Shown piece after piece: positions 20,101 through 29,014 of a stretch of 31,162 bases of DNA. Every line of letters begins with the position of its first letter. Position 1 is the stretch's first letter. Source of the DNA: a virus (lineage: Duplodnaviria > Heunggongvirae > Uroviricota > Caudoviricetes). The notes under the pieces were generated by a model that was given only the letters and a program-made list of their open reading frames with translations, was not told the origin of the DNA and made no database searches. The DNA is taken from the IMG/VR virus record IMGVR_UViG_2582580984_000003; one strand, given 5' to 3'. Both the position numbers and the translations under genes were made by a program.

Positions 20101-20125
20101 ATAACAAAACCCCGTAAAAACGAGG
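20101..20125 (-). terminator. Possible intrinsic terminator downstream of gnsB
   Basis: Minus-strand CCTCG-TTTTTA-CGGGG stem (one G-U pair) followed by TTTTGTTAT. Confidence 0.3.
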
Positions 20126-20190
20126 TTTATGGGTAATTTGTATTGTTGAATAGCATCTGATGAGAAATTGATGCTAATACTATAAACATG

Positions 20191-20364
20191 CTAGATTAAA
20201 TCAATCTTGATATCATAGCTTTCAAGACCAGTCATTTTTTCCCGTGCAGTAAACTGGATACTGGTAACTTCTTTCCCGGTCTTTTTCTTAAGCTCAATGA
20301 TTTTTTTTGTTATATATTCAGAAATATCTGCTTCTGTTTTTGTTTTTAACTCTTCAATGTTCAT
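20191..20364 (-). CDS. gnsB: GnsA/GnsB-family small protein
   Basis: ORF trimmed to ATGATG at 20367/20364 preceded by AGAGGAA; 57-58 aa (MMNIEELKTKTEADISEYITKK..FTAREKMTGLESYDIKIDLI), matching the GnsB family as recalled. Confidence 0.8.
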   Translation of the reverse strand: MNIEELKTKTEADISEYITKKIIELKKKTGKEVTSIQFTAREKMTGLESYDIKIDLI

Positions 20365-20536
20365 CATTTCCTCTTTTAGTCTGTTATGACTGTCCTGGTA
20401 CACAGTAGTGTCAATTATATGGAGCAAACGTATAAAAGATAAGATGAAACATCGCAATAATCAACATACGACGGTCTAAATTTCACACAAACAGATAAAG
20501 ATGATTATCATTTATTATCAATGCATTAGAATCAAA

Positions 20537-20806
20537 TCAATTCAAGAGTCTCATTGCTGCTTCCAGAATTTCTTCTGAAGTTACATGTCGATCCGCTGCT
20601 ACATAAATGACTTTATGATCTCCGGTCAGAGATGGAAACCCTGCAGCCATTACAGTGAGGTGTGTTGTTTCGCCATTTGGATATTCACGCATGATGGTGT
20701 TAACTCCGGTCATCACTGGCACTACCATTGCTGGTTCAGAGTTAAAAAAAACTATTATTTTTTTCATAATGTTACCGTAATATGTGAGTATCCATCGACT
20801 AGACAC
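20537..20806 (-). CDS. Hypothetical protein
   Basis: ORF-track start is GTG at 20806; an internal ATG at 20767 would give 76 aa (MKKIIVFFNSEP..); weak RBS; no family assignment. Confidence 0.35.
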   Translation of the reverse strand: MSSRWILTYYGNIMKKIIVFFNSEPAMVVPVMTGVNTIMREYPNGETTHLTVMAAGFPSLTGDHKVIYVAADRHVTSEEILEAAMRLLN

Positions 20807-20811
20807 TAAGC

Positions 20812-20831
20812 AAAAAAGCTCCCGAAGGAGC
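20812..20831 (-). terminator. Intrinsic terminator downstream of cspI
   Basis: Minus-strand GCTCC-TTCG-GGAGC hairpin followed by TTTTTTGC. Confidence 0.5.
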
Positions 20832-21038
20832 CTTCATTTTCACTTTCTTAAATCTAACGACAGATGGCTAACATTTAAGTATTGTGAAATATTATCAAAT
20901 GTAATCATCATTGATTTACAAAAGATACATTTTGCCCCGAAAGGATTTCTGTCAGAAACATCAAAAGATGATGTTCTATACTGAGAACCATGGCAACACG
21001 GGCATCTAAAGTGAATATGGTTTGTAATATTTTCTACC

Positions 21039-21251
21039 TCAAAGTGCCACTACATGAACAGCTGCAGGGCCTTTAGGTCCGTTCTCAATACCAAATTCGA
21101 CTTCCTGATTCTCAGTTAACGTTTTGAAATCGTTGCTCTGAATAGCTGAGAAATGCACAAACACATCTTTGCTACCATCTTTCGGCGTGATGAAACCAAA
21201 ACCTTTTTCAGGGTTAAACCATTTCACTAAACCAGTCATTTTGTTAGACAT
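21039..21251 (-). CDS. cspI: Cold-shock protein (CspA family, CspI-like)
   Basis: 70 aa from ATG at 21251; RNP1 KGFGFI and RNP2 VFVHF motifs; ~360 bp AT-rich upstream leader typical of csp genes. Confidence 0.9.
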   Translation of the reverse strand: MSNKMTGLVKWFNPEKGFGFITPKDGSKDVFVHFSAIQSNDFKTLTENQEVEFGIENGPKGPAAVHVVAL

Positions 21252-21614
21252 CATTATTACCTTTTGAAGAAGTTAGCCCTTGGGCAGAATGGTCCGAAAA
21301 AAAATATCAGAGAGAAAAACCAACAAGGAAATCTCAAGAGGTACAAATAATAAAATTATAACAATGACTGCTTCAGATAATTTTGTAACAAACCAGAACA
21401 CCATTAACGCATGATTAACCAACCATAGCAAGGATTACTTTTGTAAAGAAAAACACACGAATGAAACAATAGCTTTATTTATTAATAAAACGTGTCATTC
21501 TGTCTAATGACCTTTTATCTTACCCTTAAGATTTCAAGGATTTTGACTCATGGAAGAGTCCTTTTTATTTAAATTTCACATTCAGCGCTAAAAATAATCC
21601 GATTTAATATTAAT

Positions 21615-22638
<1,024 letters not shown>

Positions 22639-22642
<4 letters not shown>

Positions 22643-22950
22643 AGATATTTATGATGAGGACGCTCGTGCTTATTGGCAGGATTTTCAATCTTAAAGGAGT
22701 ACTGATGCTGCAGATAAGACTCAACTTTTTCTGACAATTTTTCTGCTACTTCCAGGAAGACTTGCCGGACGCTCATTCTGGCTGCTGCCTCATAAAACTC
22801 CAGCGCAGCTCCTTCAACACGGTCCATGGCGACATCCAGGCCAAAAATTTCACCGTCAAAGCGTTCTTTGTCCTGTAAGGCTACAGTTACCGTAACTTTA
22901 TTCTCAAAATTACGGACTCCTTTCACAACCAGTTCATAGTATTGAGTCAT
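22639..22950 (-). CDS. ydfR: YdfR-like protein (DUF1327)
   Basis: 103 aa; ATG with GAGGAG RBS; sits between holin and endolysin as in the Qin prophage. Confidence 0.7.
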
Positions 22951-22954
22951 TGGA

Positions 22955-23170
22955 TTACTCTCCTCTCGCAGCCTTACGCCTGTCTTCTTTAATCTTGAAA
23001 TAAAGATTTGTCAGGTACGTCAGCAGGCCAAATACCAGGCTACCCAGCACACCTATTGCTGCCCACTGTGAGGGCGTGACTTTATCGAGCAGCTGTAAAA
23101 ACCAGTAGCCAGCACTGCCTGCGGAGGTGCCGTAGGCAATGCCTGTTGAAATTTTGTCCATGGATTTCAT
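22955..23170 (-). CDS. S: Pinholin (phage 21 S-type) with dual-start motif
   Basis: ORF trimmed to MKSMDK..: ATG at 23170 and ATG at 23161 (antiholin/holin dual start), GGAGGTG RBS; two transmembrane segments; C-terminus ..[13 protein letters not shown]. Confidence 0.85.
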   Translation of the reverse strand: MKSMDKISTGIAYGTSAGSAGYWFLQLLDKVTPSQWAAIGVLGSLVFGLLTYLTNLYFKIKEDRRKAARGE

Positions 23171-23274
23171 AGCCTCACCTCCGCACGGAACGGATGGCAT
23201 AGTTATTATGTGTAGGCTTCCAGACACATCAATCAGAGCCTTAATTGATATATATGCTGGAGACGATGCAATAT

Positions 23275-23296
23275 AAAAAGCTCGCCGTAGCGAGCT
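23275..23296 (-). terminator. Intrinsic terminator downstream of the lipoprotein cargo genes
   Basis: Minus-strand AGCTCGC-TACG-GCGAGCT hairpin followed by TTTTTAT. Confidence 0.5.
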
Positions 23297-23421
23297 AATA
23301 AAATGTATTTCTCTGATATTATGTTTATTTGTATTAGCTCAGACTTGACATCACAGGTTTCGTATATAGAACATCATCAAATCTGTCAGTTTGCTATGAA
23401 TGAGATATAGTAATTGAAGAG

Positions 23422-23817
23422 CTAACCTCGCATGTCAAAGCCAGATTTCTGAAAATCTCTGTAGACTTCCGGATTGTTGAAGGCCGGAAATTTGGCTTTA
23501 TGAGCTGCGGACTTTATCGCTTCGCAATAGGCTTTATCACCGTTACTGGTAGATATTTTTAACGCCGTGCCATCCTGAGAGAATTCCATATGCAACCTGC
23601 ATTTTTTCCCTTTCCAGTTATGCGGCTCATCAAGTTTGGCATTAATTGCAGCTCTGATTCCCCGCGCTTGCGCCCCCCATTCATCCTGATCATCCCAGCG
23701 TCCTGAACTGCAACTACCTGTAGCAGTAGTTTTGTGGCAATCTGAAGGGTGTAAAGGTGTGCATCCCGCAACAAAACCGACCCAAAAAGTCAACATAACG
23801 ATTTTCTTTAATCCCAC
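23422..23817 (-). CDS. Lipoprotein with TolA C-terminal (domain III)-like domain
   Basis: 131 aa; GTG start at 23817 with GAGGAG 6 nt upstream; signal peptide with lipobox VAGC; C-terminal region (GKKCRLHMEFSQDGTALKI..GD..YCEAI..A..KA.FP....PEVYRDF) resembles the TolA C-terminal domain and its paralog at 23968. Confidence 0.75.
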   Translation of the reverse strand: MGLKKIVMLTFWVGFVAGCTPLHPSDCHKTTATGSCSSGRWDDQDEWGAQARGIRAAINAKLDEPHNWKGKKCRLHMEFSQDGTALKISTSNGDKAYCEAIKSAAHKAKFPAFNNPEVYRDFQKSGFDMRG

Positions 23818-23967
23818 TTCTTGCTCCTCAATCCATTAAAATCTCAGCAATAGTAGTTGTTACGTCCGCCACTGGCTCAGAGCTGACTATCCGCTAAATT
23901 TAGCTCAGTGCCGTAGTTGTGTCAGAACAAACCTAAGCCGAAACCGTTTATTACAAAACAATAAATA

Positions 23968-24396
23968 TCAGGGTTTAAAATCCAGCACCCCATTTTGAAA
24001 TACTTTATATACTTCCGGCGAAGGGGGGGCAGGTATATCAACATTCTTTATCGCATTCATCGCTTCACGACATAAATCGAGGTCTCCACTTTCTCTTTTA
24101 ACCTCCAGTAGAAGGCCATTCGGGGCCATATGCATTCTCAGTGTACACTCTTTTCCTGAATACTTACTCGCATCCCCGAACTGTTTTTCGATGGCGCTCT
24201 TGATTTGATGGGCATACAGACGGATATCCTCACTAACATCAGAAGTACGTTCAGATGAACTCACATACTGTGTCTCTATTGCTTTATCGGAGTAATATGA
24301 TGTACGGTCATGATAATTTGTCGATACAGCATCAGTGCACCCGATAATAATCCCACTAATAATCAACGTAAGAATTGATGCGCTACGAAAACCCAT
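23968..24396 (-). CDS. Lipoprotein with TolA C-terminal (domain III)-like domain
   Basis: 142 aa; ATG with GAGGAAAA RBS; lipobox IIGC. C-terminal 80 aa (YAHQIKSAIEKQFGDASKYSGKECTLRMHMAPNGLLLEVKRESGDLDLCREAMNAIKNVDIPAPPSPEVYKVFQNGVLDFKP) closely matches the E. coli TolA C-terminus as recalled (YAGQIKSAIESKFYDASSYAGKTCTLRIKLAPDGMLLDIKPEGGDPALCQAALAAAKLAKIPKPPSQAVYEVFKNAPLDFKP). Confidence 0.8.
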   Translation of the reverse strand: MGFRSASILTLIISGIIIGCTDAVSTNYHDRTSYYSDKAIETQYVSSSERTSDVSEDIRLYAHQIKSAIEKQFGDASKYSGKECTLRMHMAPNGLLLEVKRESGDLDLCREAMNAIKNVDIPAPPSPEVYKVFQNGVLDFKP

Positions 24397-24425
24397 TTTT
24401 CCTCACATATGTCATATAGTAAAGG

Positions 24426-24455
24426 ATTATATATACCGTTGTTTTGGACGCTCAA
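24426..24455 (-). promoter_or_regulatory. Candidate sigma70 promoter for the TolA-like lipoprotein gene
   Basis: Minus-strand TTGAGC-N16/18-TATATAAT about 30 nt upstream of the RBS. Confidence 0.35.
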
Positions 24456-24929
24456 ACAGCGAATCAGATCAAATAAAACGCACATTTGTTAACATTTACA
24501 CAAAGTCTGCGTGGGATATTCTGAAAGAATATCCATAATGTGGAGAGAATCTATTGAAGTGCATGGTGCCGGGTGCCTCCCGGTGAATTCAGTACCAGCA
24601 CCTGAATCCGCGATTATCCCATATACCTACTCGCTGATTGCCCCTCCGCACAGGGGGATTCACCATGCCAGTTTCTTTTAACAAACTCCCCGCAAACCAG
24701 AGAACAGTCAACCGCCTGAATTGTGAAGTATTTAAAAATTTCTCCCGCTAACTGATACCCGGCTAACAGTCTGGCGTTTTCTTTTTCAGCAACGGGAAAG
24801 CAACAACCACCACACCCGCCACCAGCACACCGTCAGCCAGCACTGACATTATCCGGCTGCTGCAATGCCATTCACAAAAACAGTAAGCAATCACTTTTTA
24901 CCGTAACAGGTGATAATCCAGATATGTAT

Positions 24930-25283
24930 CTACCCCAGATGAGTAATCCGAAGTTCATCCATACCACAGGTCCTGGCTATTCTGTTGTACTCCTGAACAA
25001 GAGCAAATAATTCTGAATTAGCAACCATGAACTCATCGCAAACCCTCTGTATAGCATCACTATTCAGAATAATAACGTCTCTTCCCGAAAGACGATCAGG
25101 AGCACAGAACAAAACTGTCAAACGGCTGAAGGCCTTTGCTCGTGCTGCATTGACTATATCAATACGCTGCCTAAGGATGAAACACCCCGACGCCTCATCA
25201 ATATTCACTCTACCCACACCATATGAATGATAAATATTTAATGCTGAAAAAACCATTAGACCGTATAACAAACACTCAATCAA
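24930..25283 (-). CDS. Hypothetical protein (uncertain coding status)
   Basis: 117-codon ORF beginning with TTG; first ATG at 25256 has no clear RBS; lies immediately downstream of the tRNA genes in the Q-S cargo slot. Confidence 0.3.
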   Translation of the reverse strand: MIECLLYGLMVFSALNIYHSYGVGRVNIDEASGCFILRQRIDIVNAARAKAFSRLTVLFCAPDRLSGRDVIILNSDAIQRVCDEFMVANSELFALVQEYNRIARTCGMDELRITHLG

Positions 25284-25393
25284 TACTTAACAGAACTTTT
25301 ATTTTTGACAAACATATTATGTTTTCAACAATATCCTGAGCCAGGTATATTCCAGTATAAGGCTCTGCCGGAAGGAATCTGGAAGAATGAATA

Positions 25394-25470
25394 TGGCGCG
25401 CTGTACTGGATTCGAACCAGTGACCGATTGCTTAGAAGGCAATTGCTCTGTCCGGCTGAGCTAACAACGC
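25394..25470 (-). tRNA. tRNA-Arg (anticodon UCU)
   Basis: 77-nt cloverleaf read from the minus strand: acceptor GCGTTGT/ACAGCGC, D-stem GCTC/GAGC, anticodon stem ATTGC/GCAAT with loop CTTCTAA, T-arm ACTGG-TTCGAAT-CCAGT, 3' CCA. Confidence 0.9.
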
Positions 25471-25570
25471 TGAATACCGATAATGGACCGCCATCGGGGA
25501 CCCGCCCCCGCACCAACAACCCTGTTATCGTGTCGTCTGCTCTTCCTGATAAGCTAATGGCGGTTTGTGA

Positions 25571-25646
25571 TGGTGGCCCTTGCTGGATTTGAACCAGCGA
25601 CCTGGCGATTATGAGTCGCTCGCTCTCACCACTGAGCTAAAGGGCC
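25571..25646 (-). tRNA. tRNA with anticodon CAU (ileX/ileZ-like tRNA-Ile2; Met not excluded)
   Basis: 76-nt cloverleaf: acceptor GGCCCTT/AAGGGCC, anticodon loop CTCATAA, T-arm GCTGG-TTCAAAT-CCAGC, 3' CCA; very similar to E. coli ileX as recalled. Confidence 0.85.
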
Positions 25647-25685
25647 GGGAGCAGAATAATAACGGTCCGTAATTAATTCCGCAAT

Positions 25686-25707
25686 AAAAAACCCGCTCGG
25701 CGGCGGG
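25686..25707 (-). terminator. tR'-like intrinsic terminator downstream of the late promoter
   Basis: Minus-strand CCCGC-CGCCGA-GCGGG hairpin followed by TTTTTT, ~45-60 nt downstream of the pR'-like promoter. Confidence 0.6.
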
Positions 25708-25756
25708 TTGTAGAAACTCTTCTAACGTCAGGCATAAAAAGCCCATCATTATGACG

Positions 25757-25784
25757 AATTTACCACAGATTCCGGAAAAATCAA
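25757..25784 (-). promoter_or_regulatory. pR'-like late promoter (Q-modified transcription start region)
   Basis: Minus-strand TTGATT-N16-TAAATT immediately downstream of the Q stop codon, followed by a short leader and the tR'-like terminator. Confidence 0.5.
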
Positions 25785-25789
25785 CCTTG

Positions 25790-26611
25790 TTACCTAGTTA
25801 CCTTTTTTAACTGCCGCTCAGCCCATGCTTCTTCAATATCAAACCGGGTCACCAGCGCATCATAGAATTTCTTAACTGTTTTTTCCCATGACGCGCGTGT
25901 TATCTGGTTTGTCACCTCGCATATAGCATTAAATGCCTCCGTTGATGGTAGTCTTTCATAGCCACGACCACCACAACGCTGGCAGTCTCTGACAACAGGC
26001 ATACCACGTTTTACCGACTCTTCACGATGAATGGCGACACCACGCCCACGGCAATCCTTACAGGCGGTGGAAACCTCACCCTTTCCGCCACACTCCGGAC
26101 AGGCAACTTTTACCACCTCCCTGACTTTTTTCCATTCTTCCCAGTAAGACGGATACACACCTTTCGTACACTTTGCCCATACCGGCGGCTTACCATCCGG
26201 ATACTGGACCTTGTTTGTAAAAACTATGCTTTCAATAAATTTTTCCCCATAGCAACAAGGGCACTGCTTTTTACTCGCTGCGCTGCGGGCATAATCCTCA
26301 AAAGCGTACGAAGCCATAATGCGCATCACTACCGGTTTTATTTCTGCCGGAAGTTTTCTCAACGCCGCCACACGATCGCACCGACTGAGTGCATAATCTG
26401 CCAGTAATTCTGTTGCCCGCGCCCTGTCATTCATACTGATGCCCATTTTCCCCAGGAACGCAGAAAAACCCATCTCAGCCCGATTCTGTGTCATGCCCTG
26501 CGCGGCCATCACATCAGTGATACTCAGCGCATCTTTTGACGTTGAGGCCGATGCATCGGTCAGGCCAGGGGATTTTGGGGAGTAGTATTTCGGTAAATCT
26601 TCCAGTTTCAT
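25790..26611 (-). CDS. Q: Late-gene antiterminator Q (QuuQ-like)
   Basis: 273 aa; four Cys pairs (CPCC, CPEC, CKDC, CQRC) forming zinc-finger-like clusters; located directly upstream of the pR'/tR' pair. Confidence 0.8.
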   Translation of the reverse strand: MKLEDLPKYYSPKSPGLTDASASTSKDALSITDVMAAQGMTQNRAEMGFSAFLGKMGISMNDRARATELLADYALSRCDRVAALRKLPAEIKPVVMRIMASYAFEDYARSAASKKQCPCCYGEKFIESIVFTNKVQYPDGKPPVWAKCTKGVYPSYWEEWKKVREVVKVACPECGGKGEVSTACKDCRGRGVAIHREESVKRGMPVVRDCQRCGGRGYERLPSTEAFNAICEVTNQITRASWEKTVKKFYDALVTRFDIEEAWAERQLKKVTR

Positions 26612-26625
26612 TTTTTGACCTGCTC

Positions 26626-26982
26626 TTAATGCATTATGGGGTAAATCTTCACCCCCAGACGTCCGCCAGATACTGGCTGACCACGAACGATATTGATTTC
26701 ATCAAACTGCTCATCGTCCATTAACACTCCCGCATGCGTCAGCGCATCCAGCGGTGCTTTCAGGATATTGTCCAGGTCGCGACGACGCTTATCCGGTGGC
26801 TCTGCAATCACCTTTATCGCCAGCCTTCCGGACAGGCTTAATTTCAGCCGCTGCTGGCGAACAATAAGCGCCACAGCCCGGCGATAACGCTTTCCCTCCT
26901 CCGAGATAAAATATGTGCTGCCACGGCGTCGCCAGTAAGTGTTCACCGTCGGCGGGTAAGGTAAAACCAAATCTATGAGCAT
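26626..26982 (-). CDS. rusA: Holliday junction resolvase RusA
   Basis: 118 aa; acidic motif RRRDLDNILKAPLDAL; typical nin-region position upstream of Q. Confidence 0.9.
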   Translation of the reverse strand: MLIDLVLPYPPTVNTYWRRRGSTYFISEEGKRYRRAVALIVRQQRLKLSLSGRLAIKVIAEPPDKRRRDLDNILKAPLDALTHAGVLMDDEQFDEINIVRGQPVSGGRLGVKIYPIMH

Positions 26983-26994
26983 CAGTCACCTCTT

Positions 26995-28083
26995 TTACCC
27001 AAGCACGCCAGTTGCAAAGGCGTGATCAAGAAAACGAAAAATTAAATCAACCTGAGAACCATGCTTTTCTTCGAACGCCAGAGGATCCGCATGAAGCTCG
27101 TTGTGATGCTCCCGACACAGCGGTAGCGTGAAAATATCGTGAGATTTTGTCCCCATTCCGCCCTGACCATGACCAATCAGGTGATGGGGATCGTCGGCTG
27201 GCTTACCACAACACGCACACGGCTGTGTCTTCACCCAGCGTTTGTATTTCTCGTTAACCCAGCGGCGACGTTTAGGTCGTTTCATGAAAGATTCCGGAGA
27301 CTCAGGATCAACGGCAATGCTGACCACCGTCTTTTCCTGTGGTGGGTTCTGTTGCTGGTGGGCGTGAGGCAGCGGCGCAAGATTTTTTGTGCGCTGTTTC
27401 AGTATGCTGGTGGCGGTCTGCTCTCCCGGTACGATGTCGCTTTCGCGGTACACCGAGCAGATTTTTTCCGCTGGTAATCCCAGCGAACGACGCGATACAG
27501 CCTCAGGTAGTGCATCCACCACCTGATTGCAGACCGCCCACCAGGATAATTCAGCCAAAGATAATTCCCGCTCCTGCGTACCGCTTATTGCGTGACGGAT
27601 GACGTCAATCACCCATGCTGTCAGATTTTGTTGAGCAAGCAGCTCCAGTGATTCCGATGTCTGGTCACGCAGTTGGTTGTCGCAGTGCCAACACAACACC
27701 ATTGCGCCGGTACCATAACGGTGAATGACTGTTTCAGTGTGATGGTAATCTCCATTAGGCCACTGGCAGGATGTAACATGACGTAATAGCCAGTCAGACA
27801 ATGCGCCAACGCCGCCAGCAGCACGAATCACCCGTTCGTTACTAAAAAACGGCAGCAATGTTTTGTCTTCCGCCAGCGGCTGGCCAACGGCAGGAACGAC
27901 TCCGGATGGCAGATTACGCATGCTTTTTGGTTCCGGTTCCACCAGCACTCGAGGATTATGAAATATCTGTATGGATTCACGGCCCGGCTTAAGGACCACC
28001 AGCCCAAGCTCAGGCACCAGAACAGGTCTAAGTAATACCCGCACGTTACCTCCAGATCCGTTGCTGGAAAGTGCGGGACGCAC
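26995..28083 (-). CDS. ydfU: DUF968 family protein (YdfU-like) with C-terminal HNH-like Cys/His motif
   Basis: 362-codon ORF (track start is GTG; true start uncertain); C-terminal QPCACCGKPADDPHHLIGHG..CREHHNELH Cys/His cluster. Confidence 0.7.
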   Translation of the reverse strand: MRPALSSNGSGGNVRVLLRPVLVPELGLVVLKPGRESIQIFHNPRVLVEPEPKSMRNLPSGVVPAVGQPLAEDKTLLPFFSNERVIRAAGGVGALSDWLLRHVTSCQWPNGDYHHTETVIHRYGTGAMVLCWHCDNQLRDQTSESLELLAQQNLTAWVIDVIRHAISGTQERELSLAELSWWAVCNQVVDALPEAVSRRSLGLPAEKICSVYRESDIVPGEQTATSILKQRTKNLAPLPHAHQQQNPPQEKTVVSIAVDPESPESFMKRPKRRRWVNEKYKRWVKTQPCACCGKPADDPHHLIGHGQGGMGTKSHDIFTLPLCREHHNELHADPLAFEEKHGSQVDLIFRFLDHAFATGVLG

Positions 28084-28324
28084 GTGGTGGGCGTTCGGAG
28101 TAAGGCAATCTGACTGAGATTATCCAGTGACGGTAGTCGAGACTAAGGGCTTTCTTAACCTCGTATCCGCGCCTGCGGTAACACTGAATTATCCATTCAG
28201 CCTGCTCTTCAGTGCATGGAGGGTGTTGGAACCATTCAGACTTGAATGCGTGAGAATACCGCTCGTGCGTGCAGGCAAGAACGGGCGAATTATCAGAATT
28301 GTAATATTTTACGTTGCGTGCCAT
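28046..28324 (-). CDS. Hypothetical 92-aa protein
   Basis: ATG at 28324 with GGAGAAAA RBS; overlaps the start of the DUF968 ORF in another frame. Confidence 0.5.
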   Translation of the reverse strand: MARNVKYYNSDNSPVLACTHERYSHAFKSEWFQHPPCTEEQAEWIIQCYRRRGYEVKKALSLDYRHWIISVRLPYSERPPRASRTFQQRIWR

Positions 28325-28390
28325 CGGTTTTCTCCGGTGGCACGGTGTTACTCAGCGGGAGTTCAGCCCCGCGCAAGATTGTAGATGAGT

Positions 28391-28642
28391 TTATTCTTCT
28401 GCAAAAGCTGAAAAGCCTGCTTTTATTCCGATCTCTTTCAGTGCCTGTAATGAAGTGACAAACTCACCTTCGCGCAAGATAAATCCGTCTGTCACTCGAC
28501 CATCCACAAAATTAATTAACGCAGCCCCATTCTTTCGCAAACACATAATGCGGTAATGACTAACAAGATTTCCATTTTCAACGCACACCGCATAGAGGCC
28601 ATCTTCACAAAAAATTTTACGCAGTTCTTCGATGTTCATCAT
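28391..28642 (-). CDS. rem: Rem-like small prophage protein
   Basis: 83 aa; ATGATG start with GGAAGGA RBS; matches the Qin Rem protein as recalled (unknown function). Confidence 0.65.
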   Translation of the reverse strand: MMNIEELRKIFCEDGLYAVCVENGNLVSHYRIMCLRKNGAALINFVDGRVTDGFILREGEFVTSLQALKEIGIKAGFSAFAEE

Positions 28643-28760
28643 CAGAATCCTTCCGGATAATTAGCTCTCCCCTTTAAGGGACCATCCCTCTTATCCCTGC
28701 GCGCTACTTAAGTATTTTTGATTCTATTCCGGCACCGTCCAGAACTTCAAACGCGTTGAA

Positions 28761-28789
28761 AATAAAAACAAAAACCCGCCGAAGCGGGT
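28761..28789 (-). terminator. Intrinsic terminator downstream of hok
   Basis: Minus-strand ACCCGC-TTCG-GCGGGT hairpin followed by TTTTTGTTTTTATTTT. Confidence 0.65.
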
Positions 28790-28858
28790 TAAGTGCGGGT
28801 GCGTTGAGGATGCCTGCCACATCAGAGGTGGCGAGGGATTTCTCCCTCGCCGGGTCTC

Positions 28859-29014
28859 TTACTCCTCAGGTTCGTAAGCTGTGAAGACAGCGACCTCCGT
28901 CTGCCCGGTTCGGATTCGTACCTCGCAGAGGTCTTTCCTCGTTACCAGTGCCGTCACTATGACGGTTAAACAGATGACGATCAGGGCGATTAACATCGCC
29001 TTTTGCTGCTTCAT
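28859..29014 (-). CDS. hokD: Hok/Gef-family membrane toxin (HokD/RelF-like)
   Basis: 51 aa from ATG at 29014 with AAGGAG RBS: MKQQKAMLIALIVICLTVIVTALVTRKDLCEVRIRTGQTEVAVFTAYEPEE. The ORF-track in-frame 5' extension is not used. A GGCGAGGGA..TCCCTCGCC hairpin sits just 3' of the stop. Confidence 0.9.
   Translation of the reverse strand: MKQQKAMLIALIVICLTVIVTALVTRKDLCEVRIRTGQTEVAVFTAYEPEE

Noticed and set aside
24930-25283. Possible similarity of the 117-codon ORF to the StxA/ribosome-inactivating-protein active-site region (..AARAKAF..DRLSGR.. versus ..AEALRFRQ..DDLSGR..)
   Set aside because: The match is short, the catalytic Glu is not conserved and the LNWGR motif is absent; likely coincidence, though a profile search would settle it.
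25471-25570. Third tRNA gene between tRNA-Ile and tRNA-Arg
   Set aside because: Acceptor-like ends are present but no D-arm or T-loop consensus can be folded; treated as a degenerate remnant rather than a gene.
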